Assembly: GCA_022601535.1 (NCBI GenBank)
Contig: JAJACK010000001.1
Span: 724,893-788,892, forward strand
DNA length: 64,000 nt
Direction: 5' to 3'
Source: Chlamydiales bacterium
GTDB lineage: Bacteria; Chlamydiota; Chlamydiia; Chlamydiales; JAAKFR01
Under the pieces are notes generated by a model, which was not told the DNA's origin, did not search any database, and was given only the letters and a program-made list of their open reading frames with translations. Shown piece after piece: positions 41,450-50,180 of the stretch; positions within the stretch are counted from its first letter, which is position 1; each line of letters begins with the position of its first letter. The translations under genes and the position numbers were made by a program.

Positions 41450-41819
41450 TGTCTAAAGCTTCATAATCAATGGTTTCTATCGCAGAAAAGTCGGGCTCTT
41501 GGCAAGAGAATTCAAATGTTGTCTCAGTCAGTGGGAGTTGTTGCATCGGTGTTGTATATTGAGGAGAGTCGTCTCTTGCAAAGGGGGGAGCTGCCGTTTT
41601 GAGCGCAGTGCGGGAGTGACTTTGATCCACCTCAACTTGGATGGGATTGTGTGTAAAGTGCTTTTCAAAAGGGAGGGTAGTGATTTTAAAGAGGGAAAAA
41701 CCGATGAGGTGGATGACAACAGCGATCGAAAGGCCGAAGAGGAAATCGACTCCAAATCGTCTCTCTTTTTCACGGAAGATAAAGGAAAGTTTCCCTCGTA
41801 TTGATTTAACGTGCAACAT
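41424..41819 (-). CDS. TonB/TolA-like membrane anchor lacking a recognisable C-terminal domain
   Basis: Position immediately after exbD. Single N-terminal TM with a His (LFGLSIAVVIHLIGFSLF). Pro/Gln-containing linker and acidic tail. 131 aa. Confidence 0.45.
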   Translation of the reverse strand: MLHVKSIRGKLSFIFREKERRFGVDFLFGLSIAVVIHLIGFSLFKITTLPFEKHFTHNPIQVEVDQSHSRTALKTAAPPFARDDSPQYTTPMQQLPLTETTFEFSCQEPDFSAIETIDYEALDIDFEDDRD

Positions 41820-42234
41820 CGTTATACATCAGCCTCAATTTAACACCTGCCTCTTGCGCTAGAGAGAAGAGGCGCAAAAAATCTCCATATTCAACACTAC
41901 GATCGATACTGAGGACCACAGTGGTGTCACCTCCTTGGTGGAGCTGTTGATTTTGTTTCACCTCTTTGATCAAGCTTGGTTTAAATGTTTCTAGATCGAC
42001 GATCTCTTTTTTGCTTCCAACATAGATCACATTATGGGCATCCATTACAACGAGCACTTGTGTCGTAAGAGCAGAGGTTGGAAGGTCTAGTTCAGGAGGA
42101 TCAATATTGAGGGATTTAAGGGGGAGGATGTCGGAGGTGAGAAGAAAAAAGATAAGCATGAGCAAAATCACATCGACAAGCGGTGTCAAGTCGATCAAAG
42201 AGAGTGCGGGTTTGAGCTCTGTTTTAAATTTCAT
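41806..42234 (-). CDS. biopolymer transport protein ExbD/TolR
   Basis: LTPLVDVILLMLIFFLL is the TM motif typical of ExbD/TolR. 142 aa. Confidence 0.88.
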   Translation of the reverse strand: MKFKTELKPALSLIDLTPLVDVILLMLIFFLLTSDILPLKSLNIDPPELDLPTSALTTQVLVVMDAHNVIYVGSKKEIVDLETFKPSLIKEVKQNQQLHQGGDTTVVLSIDRSVEYGDFLRLFSLAQEAGVKLRLMYNDVAR

Positions 42235-42820
42235 GTGTCAATAAATCCACCACTTCAGAAGAGACTGTTTGTATTTCTAATACAATGCCTTTGATCCGAC
42301 TGACGATGTAATTGTAGGCAATTGTTGCTGGAATTGCGACGACAAGACCTGCAGCTGTTGTGACAAGGGCGTATTCCATCGCTTCTCCAACGCGGGAGGT
42401 AGAGATGTCCATCATTCCGGAAATGCGCATTTCACCAAATGCTTGGATAAAGCCGAGCACCGTTCCTAAAAGGCCGATGAGTGGGGCGATGTGAGCGATG
42501 ATCGATAAGATCCGTGCATTTTTTTCTAACTTTGCAATTTCATTTAAACCAGAGACTTCCATGCTCCGAATGATATCTTCTTTTGTTCGTGCATGTTGAG
42601 TCAATCCACTTCTGACAATGGCTGCAACAGAGCCTCCTGTTGTTTCACAGATTTGCACCCCTTCGATGATATTTCTTTCTTCGATTACTTTTCTGATAGA
42701 GATGAGAAATTGATTGGTATCCACTTCTGATTTTCTCAAAAAGAAAATCCGTTCAAAGAAAATGGCCATCGCAATCAATGAACAACCAACTAGAATGAAC
42801 AAGACGCTATTGAATTCCAT
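42224..42820 (-). CDS. MotA/TolQ/ExbB proton-channel protein
   Basis: 198 aa with 3 TM segments. C-terminal GLLGTVLGFIQAF...ALVTTAAGLVVAIPA motif of the family. Confidence 0.9.
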   Translation of the reverse strand: MEFNSVLFILVGCSLIAMAIFFERIFFLRKSEVDTNQFLISIRKVIEERNIIEGVQICETTGGSVAAIVRSGLTQHARTKEDIIRSMEVSGLNEIAKLEKNARILSIIAHIAPLIGLLGTVLGFIQAFGEMRISGMMDISTSRVGEAMEYALVTTAAGLVVAIPATIAYNYIVSRIKGIVLEIQTVSSEVVDLLTHEI

Positions 42821-45779
42821 AAACCTCCCTCAATTTTTTCTGTGCAATCTCTCCCCACTCTCCTCCTTTTTTTGTGATCGCTTCGAGTTGTCGAATCACA
42901 AGCTCAGGACGCTCTTGCATCTCATAGATTTCGGCTCTTAGGTACATTGCTTTAATACGCATAGGAGAGGCGACATCGGCATTGATCACTTTAGAGAGCA
43001 TCCGCATTGCATTGGTCTCATCTTTGAGTTTTCGGAAGCAGGTGCTTTTGAGGAGCCAAAGAGAGAGCTTTTGTTCATCGGCAAGGAAGTATTCTCCCGC
43101 TTCATCGGCAAAATTAAAACAGTTAAGCGCTGTTTCAAAATCGAGGCATTCCATGGCAAGTTTCCCCTGTTCACGCCATGTAAGGGCGAGGTAAAGCCCT
43201 TCGGCAATGCCACTTTCACGGTAGTGGGTCAACATGGAAAGAAAAATTTGCTCAGCTTTTGTTTGGGCGTGTTGTTGCAAGTACGCTTTTGCAAGAGAGT
43301 AGCGAGCTTGCTCGTAGAGGATTTTTTCATCGAGTAGAGAGGTGAGTGGATGTTCTTTCTCCTCAAAATCAGAGATCACTTGCTTTAGGAGATGGATTGC
43401 ACGATTGCATTTTTTGTCTTCTTTTAAATATAACACAGCCAATTTATGCAATGTTTCATAGTAATAATGAATGGTGGTTGTATCGGGAAGATTCCCCTCT
43501 TCGAATGATCGGTGAAAAAGAGTGATCACTTGCTTGAAGGAGAGCTCTGCTTTTTCAAAGTCGCTCTCACGCATGGCAAGTAAATAGTGAGCAGGGATGG
43601 CGAGGATAGAGTTTTCAAATTTATGAGGAAGCTCTTTTAAATGGTTAAGTGCCTCTTGTTTTCCATCGACATAATCGTGATAGGAGTAGCGTCGAAAATA
43701 CGCTTTAGCAGCAATAGGAGCTGTTGGATCATTTAGGTAGACATTTTCTCGATAGGTGGCGATCTTTTTGGGATCTCCTCCCCTTTTTTCAACAGCTTCT
43801 GCAGCCCAAAACCACCCAGCAGCAGCATGGGGCGAATGGGGATATTCATTTGCAAGATGGAGAAATGTCTCTTTTGCTTCTCGATACATCGCTTGTTGAA
43901 AGTAGAGAGTTCCAAGTGCGTGAAGAGCATCATCGACATAGTGTCCGTTTGGGTAGAGTTCAATGACCTGTTTGTATGACGCTTCGGCTAGAGAAAAATA
44001 GGCAAGATCGGTCAATTTGGATGCAACAAGGCCTCGTAGATAGAGCGTTTCTTCATGCTCTTCACACGATTCTATAAATTCATTTAGAAGTGTTTCTAAA
44101 AGTTCGAGAGATGAGAGGGGAGAGCCGCAATAGAAATTTGCTTTTGCTTCGAGTTTTAAAATTTCCATCGCCCGTTTTGAATCGGTTTTTTCGCAAAGAG
44201 GGAAGGCTCGTTCAAAGGCGAGGGTTGCCCGTTCAAAATAGAGTGCTCCCTCTTCTTGGTTTAAAAGTCCGTGTTGAAATTCGGTGAGTCCCAAAGCGTA
44301 CCACGCATCGAGATAGCTTAAGAGGTGTTCAAACACTTGAGAGGTCGCTTTTAGATAGAGAGCACGCCGTTTTTCGTAATCTTGGGTTGATTCAGCACGC
44401 AATAAAAGGGCTTCATGCTGTTTTTCCGTCGAGAGGAGACGGTTTGTGAAAAGTGTTGTGATCTTTTTTTCTCGATCGACATCTTCACGTAAAAGGTAGA
44501 GACGGGCTAAGGCGAAGGCTGCAGCCTCATTTTCATCTGATGAGAGGAGCGTTTCAAAAATTCCCTCTCCTTTATCAAACTGGCCCAATTTAACATAACA
44601 CAATCCCAATTTGAAACGGGCTTGCCTTCCCCATTCACACCCCATGGTTGTCGGCAAAGAGCGGAGATAAAATTCTTTTGCACTCTCTAATTCATCTTTC
44701 AAAAAAGAGGCTTCTCCCAGCAGATAAAAAAGCTCATATTTCAGAGGATTATCTTTCAAGGAATTTGGATTAAATGTGTTGAGGAGCTCAATCACTTGAT
44801 CAGGAGTCCTCTCTTGCAATAAGATGCGGCTGAGATAAAGAGCTCCGACGAGTTTGGGTTTTCCTCCATTATCGAGCTGTTGCAACATTTCAAAATAGTG
44901 ACGTGCTTTTTTGAAATTTTCATGCCGGTAGGCATCAAAACCTATTTCAAAAAGGGCGTGGTCGTAGTGAGGGCCGGGGTTTCCCTCGCTTGCATATTTT
45001 TGGAAGAATTCGATCGATTTTTCATACTCTTTCTGTTCACGGAAGCAAAGAGCCATCAAATAGATCATTTCTCGATCGATTTTCCCTTTCCCATCGGAGT
45101 TGATCAGCGAAAGGGTTTTGTCATACTCAGCCATGGAGTAGTGACACTCGGCTAAACAAAAGCGCACCTTTTTCTCTAATAGCTCTTGATTCAAAAAAGC
45201 CTTGGGAAAATATCCGCCACAGATCGCCTCGAGCACCTCTTCATAGATCACTTTTGCTTCTTCAAAATACCCTGTGACGAAATACCGTTTGGCTTTTTTC
45301 AACAAGACATCAAAGTGTTCATCGAGCGAATAGCAAAGCGCATGGAAAAAAGAGAGATCTTCTTTTGTCCACCTCTCCATGGGTAAAAAAGTTGCCAGCC
45401 GAGACATTTCTAAATACGCTTTTTCAGGAGAATTTTTGTCTGCGATCAAACGGGTTTGAGTGAGCCGGATACGGGGAAGATAGGTATCAGGAGGGTGTTG
45501 TTGTAACAGGGAAGATAAAATGTCTTGCGCCTCACGCCTTTCACCCAACACTTCCAAGACATGGATATAGCTTAAGTAATATTCAACATACTCTTTCCAT
45601 AAGAGCATCCCCCGCTCACCTTTAGAACGTTTTAAAAAAGCTTGAAAAGCTTCTTTTGCTAAATCAAAATTTTCGGCACGCATTGAGCTTAGACCGCTCT
45701 TTGCAAGTGATCGAATCTCTTTTTCATCGTCTTCCCAAAAAAACGAACAACAGATGATTAAAATGAAAAAGTAGCGCAT
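42807..45779 (-). CDS. large TPR-repeat protein with N-terminal signal/anchor
   Basis: The start MRYFFILIICCSFFW (ATG at 45779) is preferred. The track start at 45878 would leave only 18 nt before the divergent hctA. Repeated A/Y/L helical-pair patterns run throughout about 990 aa. Confidence 0.75.
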   Translation of the reverse strand: MRYFFILIICCSFFWEDDEKEIRSLAKSGLSSMRAENFDLAKEAFQAFLKRSKGERGMLLWKEYVEYYLSYIHVLEVLGERREAQDILSSLLQQHPPDTYLPRIRLTQTRLIADKNSPEKAYLEMSRLATFLPMERWTKEDLSFFHALCYSLDEHFDVLLKKAKRYFVTGYFEEAKVIYEEVLEAICGGYFPKAFLNQELLEKKVRFCLAECHYSMAEYDKTLSLINSDGKGKIDREMIYLMALCFREQKEYEKSIEFFQKYASEGNPGPHYDHALFEIGFDAYRHENFKKARHYFEMLQQLDNGGKPKLVGALYLSRILLQERTPDQVIELLNTFNPNSLKDNPLKYELFYLLGEASFLKDELESAKEFYLRSLPTTMGCEWGRQARFKLGLCYVKLGQFDKGEGIFETLLSSDENEAAAFALARLYLLREDVDREKKITTLFTNRLLSTEKQHEALLLRAESTQDYEKRRALYLKATSQVFEHLLSYLDAWYALGLTEFQHGLLNQEEGALYFERATLAFERAFPLCEKTDSKRAMEILKLEAKANFYCGSPLSSLELLETLLNEFIESCEEHEETLYLRGLVASKLTDLAYFSLAEASYKQVIELYPNGHYVDDALHALGTLYFQQAMYREAKETFLHLANEYPHSPHAAAGWFWAAEAVEKRGGDPKKIATYRENVYLNDPTAPIAAKAYFRRYSYHDYVDGKQEALNHLKELPHKFENSILAIPAHYLLAMRESDFEKAELSFKQVITLFHRSFEEGNLPDTTTIHYYYETLHKLAVLYLKEDKKCNRAIHLLKQVISDFEEKEHPLTSLLDEKILYEQARYSLAKAYLQQHAQTKAEQIFLSMLTHYRESGIAEGLYLALTWREQGKLAMECLDFETALNCFNFADEAGEYFLADEQKLSLWLLKSTCFRKLKDETNAMRMLSKVINADVASPMRIKAMYLRAEIYEMQERPELVIRQLEAITKKGGEWGEIAQKKLREVYGIQ

Positions 45780-45896
45780 CGGATACAGTATACATAACAA
45801 ACCCTTTTCTTTTTTTAAAAAAAATCTTGCACAAATAGAAAGAAGAGACTTATGAACAAAGAAAGACATATTTCTCAATGAGGAGGAGGAAAAACG

Positions 45897-46472
45897 ATGG
45901 GTCTAAAAGAAACAGTCAAAAGTATGAGAACACTACTTCACACAATTGAAGGAGATCTCGATAAAGTGGAAGCGGGAAATAAAGCGGCAGGCCAAAGAGC
46001 GCGCAAACTCACGATTCAATTTCAAAAAGTTGCAAAAGTCTTTAGAAAAGAATCTGTAAAAAGTTCTGAGATGAAGAAGATTAAAGCAACGAAGAAAAAA
46101 ACAGCAGCAAAAAGAAAGCCTGCAGCTAAGAAGAAGGTCGTTGCTAAGAAGAAAGTGGCTAAGAAGAAAGCAGTAGCAACGAAAAGAAAGGCTCCAGCTA
46201 AGCGAAAAACAGCGACAAAGAGAAAAGCTCCAGTCAAGAAGAAAGTGGCTAAGAAAAAAGCGGTAGCAACGAAAAGAAAGGCTCCAGCTAAGCGAAAAAC
46301 AGCGACAAAAAGAAAAGCTCCAGCAAAGAGAGCAGCTACAAAAAAGCGTTCAACGAAAAGAAAAACAGTGACGAAAAAAAGAGCACCTGTACGTAAAAAG
46401 ACAACAACACGTGCAAAAACTGCTCGACCTAAAAAACGAAGTGCTGCTAAAGTGCAGCGTAAGAAAAGATAA
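45897..46472 (+). CDS. hctA: chlamydial histone H1-like protein Hc1
   Basis: The N-terminal domain KETVKSMRTLLHTIEGDLDKVEAGNKAAGQRARKLTIQFQKVAKVFRKESVK aligns with C. trachomatis Hc1 (ALKDTAKKMTDLLESIQQNLLKAEKGNKAAAQRVR...KIAKVYRKESIK). Lys/Ala-rich tail. GAGGAGGAGG RBS. Confidence 0.92.
   Translation: MGLKETVKSMRTLLHTIEGDLDKVEAGNKAAGQRARKLTIQFQKVAKVFRKESVKSSEMKKIKATKKKTAAKRKPAAKKKVVAKKKVAKKKAVATKRKAPAKRKTATKRKAPVKKKVAKKKAVATKRKAPAKRKTATKRKAPAKRAATKKRSTKRKTVTKKRAPVRKKTTTRAKTARPKKRSAAKVQRKKR
46146..46325. repeat. 2 x 90-bp tandem repeat inside the hctA tail
   Basis: 46146-46235 and 46236-46325 are near-identical. Each encodes KKKVAKKKAVATKRKAPAKRKTATKRKAP[V/A]. Confidence 0.9.
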
Positions 46473-46502
46473 CTGGCTTAGCCAGTGGCACTGTTTTTTT
46501 AA

Positions 46503-46539
46503 GGGAGGTTAATCGCCAGATATGCCTCCCTTTTTTTTT
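46503..46539 (+). terminator. rho-independent terminator after hctA
   Basis: GGGAGG (46503-46508) and CCTCCC (46525-46530) form the stem, followed by T9. A small hairpin CTGGC-TTA-GCCAG lies upstream at 46473-46485. Confidence 0.7.
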
Positions 46540-46566
46540 GCAAGTTTGTGGAGGCAAACAAAATAA

Positions 46567-47733
46567 ATGGACAATGAATTAGATCTGTTGCGTAAGATCG
46601 ATAAGATAGATCTCAAACTCCTCTTTAAATACCAAGAGCACTTTATTCCTCACATTGAGGAGGTGGTCGATGAGTTTTTGGAGTGGTTTTCAAAAAATAC
46701 AACGTGGCTAGCCTATTTTAGAGATAAGGATCTCTTCTCATTTAGAACACGAATTCTTGAATACTGGAAGGCATTTTTTACTCTTCTAAATACCCCCGAT
46801 TTCATTTCATCTCGCCATAGGGTTGGAGATTTGCATGCAACAAACCAAGTTCCTGCAGATGACTACATCTGTGCTTACAATCATATCCTAAACCGTTTTC
46901 TTGAGATTGCTCAAAAGAATAAGGCGATTGCAAAGGAAGATAAAGACCTCCTTTTTCTCTCAATACATAATCGTGGGATCGCTGATATTTGTATCATCTT
47001 GAAAAAATTTGCCCAGTCAGATCGGCGAATGCATAGCCAAATACGGGATCAGCATAGAGAAACCTTAATGGGGATTTTTACACTGACAATCTCAGATGAA
47101 TTTCTAAACCCAATGACTGCTCTGCTCAATAATATTCAACTGACTAAAGAGCTTGTAATGGAAAATGAAAGAGCGGTCAGCCGCCTTGAGAACTCTGAAA
47201 AAATCGTCATGGATTGTGTTCATGTAATCACAACATTACGTCTATTTGCAAAGCAAGATGTCAGTGTTGAAAAATCGATCGCCTCGACCAATTGCATCGA
47301 TGTGCTCGATCAAGTGCTTTTCTTTCTTGAAACGACGTCTAAGGCAGAGGATATCACCATTATAAGAGATTTCGACCCCTCTTCTCCAGCAGTTGAAATG
47401 AAAGTGGCAGACATCCGTTATACCTTTTTAACGCTTTTTGTTTTTGTCATATCACTTGTTGTTCATTGTCCTGTTAGAGAAATCATTGTTTCGGTTAAAC
47501 CTGCCGATGGTGATCTTGAAATTGTCATTAAGGATAGTGGGCAAGGGCTTTCTAAAGAAGATAAAGATCTGGTCTTTACTCCATATTTTTCAAAAGTGAA
47601 ATCTAAAATTAAGGGGGCCGATTTGCTTTTTTGTCGGGAAGTAATTGAGGAAAACGGTGGAAAAATCTCCCTTGAAAGTGTAGAAGGGAATGGAACAACA
47701 TTTACAATCCGTTTCCCTGGGCAAAAGAAATGA
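46567..47733 (+). CDS. globin-coupled-sensor-like protein with degenerate histidine-kinase core (pseudo-kinase)
   Basis: The N-terminal ~150 aa resembles the protoglobin/GCS domain (...VVDEFLEWF...RHRVGDLHATNQVPADDYICAYNHIL, compared with HemAT [20 protein letters not shown]). The DHp box reads ISDEFLNPMTAL, with D where the phospho-His sits in SHELRTPLTAI. The N-box Asn residues are absent. The G1 box DSGQGL is retained. Confidence 0.6.
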   Translation: MDNELDLLRKIDKIDLKLLFKYQEHFIPHIEEVVDEFLEWFSKNTTWLAYFRDKDLFSFRTRILEYWKAFFTLLNTPDFISSRHRVGDLHATNQVPADDYICAYNHILNRFLEIAQKNKAIAKEDKDLLFLSIHNRGIADICIILKKFAQSDRRMHSQIRDQHRETLMGIFTLTISDEFLNPMTALLNNIQLTKELVMENERAVSRLENSEKIVMDCVHVITTLRLFAKQDVSVEKSIASTNCIDVLDQVLFFLETTSKAEDITIIRDFDPSSPAVEMKVADIRYTFLTLFVFVISLVVHCPVREIIVSVKPADGDLEIVIKDSGQGLSKEDKDLVFTPYFSKVKSKIKGADLLFCREVIEENGGKISLESVEGNGTTFTIRFPGQKK

Positions 47734-48110
47734 GCAAAATGATTTTAACAATTGACGATGATCGCGATGTGCAAGAGGTCTTTTCTGCAGTGTTGGCTCA
47801 AGCAGGCTACAGTGTTTGTCAAGCATTGAGCGGTGAAGAAGGTTTAGAAACGTTAAAAACAAACTCGATTGACCTTATTCTTCTCGATCTTCATATGCCA
47901 GGAATGAATGGAATTGACACATTTATTAAAATTAGAGAGATGAATTTAGAGGCACCTGTTTGTATCATCAGTGCTTATGTTGACGGATATCAAGAGGAGT
48001 TACAAAAGCTTACAGAGAGTGGATACCACTTTTCTACTCTAGACAAACCTGTTGGGATGAAGCAACTTCTGTCTAAAGCAGAGACATTAGTAAATGGTAC
48101 AACAACATAG
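47730..48110 (+). CDS. stand-alone response regulator receiver
   Basis: ILTIDDDRD, the phospho-acceptor LILLDLHMPGMNG, and the conserved Lys in LDKP. ATGA overlap with the upstream gene. 126 aa, no output domain. Confidence 0.88.
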   Translation: MSKMILTIDDDRDVQEVFSAVLAQAGYSVCQALSGEEGLETLKTNSIDLILLDLHMPGMNGIDTFIKIREMNLEAPVCIISAYVDGYQEELQKLTESGYHFSTLDKPVGMKQLLSKAETLVNGTTT

Positions 48111-48241
48111 CTTAATGAAAAAAATCGATTCAGCCAATTCAGTGTTTCATTTTTTTCTGGAAGATTGTGAAAAAGTGTGGTAAGAGAAAAGCAAGTGCAT
48201 AGTTGGCCGACGAATTTTATCCTAAAAAAAGGAGAGCTATA

Positions 48242-48685
48242 ATGACAAAGATATTCCCGATTTTGATTGCAGACGATGACCTCGGCGATTGTCAATTGGT
48301 ACAGAAAGCTCTGCAACAAAACAAGGTTTTAAACCCTCTGTTTGTCGTGCATGATGGTATTGAGTTACTCGATTTTCTAAATCAGAGAGGAGAGTATAGT
48401 GATGCAGAAAAATTTCCACCCCCCGGTTTACTTCTTCTAGATCTCAATATGCCGAAGAAGGATGGGCGTGAGGCTTTGAGTGAAATCAAGTCAAACCCCA
48501 AGCTACGCTCCATCCCTGTTGTGATTATGACAAATTCTAGGCAAGAAACAGATATAGCAATCTCGTATGAGCTTGGAGTCAATTCTTATATTGAAAAGCC
48601 CCTGACGTTTGAGTCTTTAGTGGATTTAGTTAAGGCATTAAATGTCTATTGGTTTGAAATTGTAACTCTCCCGAATCATGAGTAA
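48242..48685 (+). CDS. stand-alone response regulator receiver (Rcp1-like)
   Basis: The ATG at 48242 follows GGAG. ILIADDDLGD, LLLLDLNMPKKDG, VVIMTNS and the Lys in IEKP. Resembles phytochrome-associated single-domain regulators. Confidence 0.85.
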   Translation: MTKIFPILIADDDLGDCQLVQKALQQNKVLNPLFVVHDGIELLDFLNQRGEYSDAEKFPPPGLLLLDLNMPKKDGREALSEIKSNPKLRSIPVVIMTNSRQETDIAISYELGVNSYIEKPLTFESLVDLVKALNVYWFEIVTLPNHE

Positions 48686-49040
48686 AAAAATAATTGTTAT
48701 CGATGATGATGAAGATGTCTCTTTGCTTCTTTCTTTCCGCTTAAATAATGAGGGATATACTGTTATCACTGCAAGCACTGGGAAGAAAGGTTTGGAAAAA
48801 TTGGCAGATGACTCATTTAGCCTTATTTTATTAGACAAGAATCTCCCTGATATAAATGGTCTTGAGCTTGCAAAAACAATTAAATCAGATCCAAAAATCT
48901 CTAATCTTCCGATCATCATTATTTCGGGTTTTAGAAAACAGCCCGAAGATGAAATTGCAGAAGCTTTTTTACTCAAGCCGTACGAGTGGAATGAGCTGTC
49001 AAGCTTGATAAAAGAACTTATTTCGGAAAAGAAAAGTTAA
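48678..49040 (+). CDS. stand-alone response regulator receiver (paralog of 12493-12840)
   Basis: IIVIDDDEDVSLLLSFRL, LILLDKNLPDING and FLLKPYEWNEL. Same architecture and C-terminal motif as the 12493 receiver. Confidence 0.88.
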   Translation: MSKKIIVIDDDEDVSLLLSFRLNNEGYTVITASTGKKGLEKLADDSFSLILLDKNLPDINGLELAKTIKSDPKISNLPIIIISGFRKQPEDEIAEAFLLKPYEWNELSSLIKELISEKKS

Positions 49041-50118
49041 AAGCAGTCCCTTCTCCAAGTTCACTTTGAACATTGAGCGTCCCATGATGAAGTTCGATCA
49101 ACTCTTTTGCAATGGCAAGTCCTAAGCCAGAACCTTTGACCCCCGTTTGCATAGATTTTTTTCCAAACTGTTTAAACGATTCAAATAGGTGGGGAAGGTC
49201 ATCAGGAGCAATCCCCGGCCCTGTATCAGCAACAGAACACTCAATACGATCTTTTTGGTCTGAAACATTAATTGTCACTTCTCCTGTTTCGGTAAATTTA
49301 AGAGCATTGCCGAGAAGATTCGTGAAAATTTGAATGATTCTTAAACGGTCGCAGTTGAGTTGTACACGTTCTGAATTTACAACTAATTTAATTCCTTTTT
49401 TAGCAAAAGGGCTTTCATACGCTTTTGCAAGCTCTGCAATCAACTCTTCAAGTTCAACAACTTCAAAATTGAGCTCCATTTGTCCCGCTTCAATTTTAGT
49501 CACATCAAGCAAGTCATCGAGAAGTATTCTCAGTCGATCAATCCCATTTTGTGAAATAGAGAGCATGTTTTTTTGCTGGTCATTCAAAGCTCCAGCACTT
49601 CCATCTAAAACACACATGATCCCTTCTTTTATATAGGTCAATGGAGATCGAATTTCATGGGAAACCATCGAAACAAAATCGGATTTTATTTTACTCAAAT
49701 GTTGGAGAGCAAGTTCTTGTTGCTTTCGATCAATTGCGTAGTGGATCACTCGTTTGATCAATCCAGGAGAAATTTCATCTTTTGTGAGAAATCCGTGAAC
49801 CCCTAAATCAGAAAGTTTGGAAATAATTAAATCGTCTTCAAGGCCTGTTAGGATAATCACAGGAAGTTCAGGCTTTAACGCTTTTATCTTCAGAACAACT
49901 TCTGTCTCTTTTGCATCGGGGAGATTTAAATCTGTAAGAATGATATCTAAATCATTCTCTTTAACAATTTTGACAGCCTCTTCTAAGCTTTCAGCTGTCT
50001 TGATCGAGTAGAGATTTGTGATCAAAGAGAACTGTTTTTTTATCAAAAAAAGATCGCTTGGATCGTCCTCTATCAGGAGTAGGGTTATTTTTTTGCTATT
50101 ATTTGTCATTTTCCCCAA
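49018..50118 (-). CDS. hybrid protein: N-terminal receiver domain plus HisKA/HATPase histidine kinase
   Basis: REC region (LLLIEDDPSD, IILTDLNLPD), then the H-box VSHEIRSPL, N-box NLLGNALKF, DTGPGI and GSGLGLAIAKELIELHHG. Confidence 0.9.
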   Translation of the reverse strand: MGKMTNNSKKITLLLIEDDPSDLFLIKKQFSLITNLYSIKTAESLEEAVKIVKENDLDIILTDLNLPDAKETEVVLKIKALKPELPVIILTGLEDDLIISKLSDLGVHGFLTKDEISPGLIKRVIHYAIDRKQQELALQHLSKIKSDFVSMVSHEIRSPLTYIKEGIMCVLDGSAGALNDQQKNMLSISQNGIDRLRILLDDLLDVTKIEAGQMELNFEVVELEELIAELAKAYESPFAKKGIKLVVNSERVQLNCDRLRIIQIFTNLLGNALKFTETGEVTINVSDQKDRIECSVADTGPGIAPDDLPHLFESFKQFGKKSMQTGVKGSGLGLAIAKELIELHHGTLNVQSELGEGTAFNFSFPK

Positions 50119-50180
50119 AAAAATGAATGTAAAAAATTTTAAGTAATATGTAAATTCATTTTCATAGCAAAAGGTGTTTT

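Noticed and set aside
45780-45878. Longer start (45878) for the TPR protein.
   Set aside because: It would leave only 18 nt for the divergent hctA promoter and RBS. The Met at 45779 begins a signal-like hydrophobic segment. Still uncertain.
48115-48183. 22-codon ORF (MKKIDSANSVFHFFLEDCEKVW) in the gap between two receiver genes.
   Set aside because: It has no RBS and no recognisable motif, and could arise by chance in a 130-nt AT-rich spacer. It is only worth revisiting if ribosome profiling data exist.
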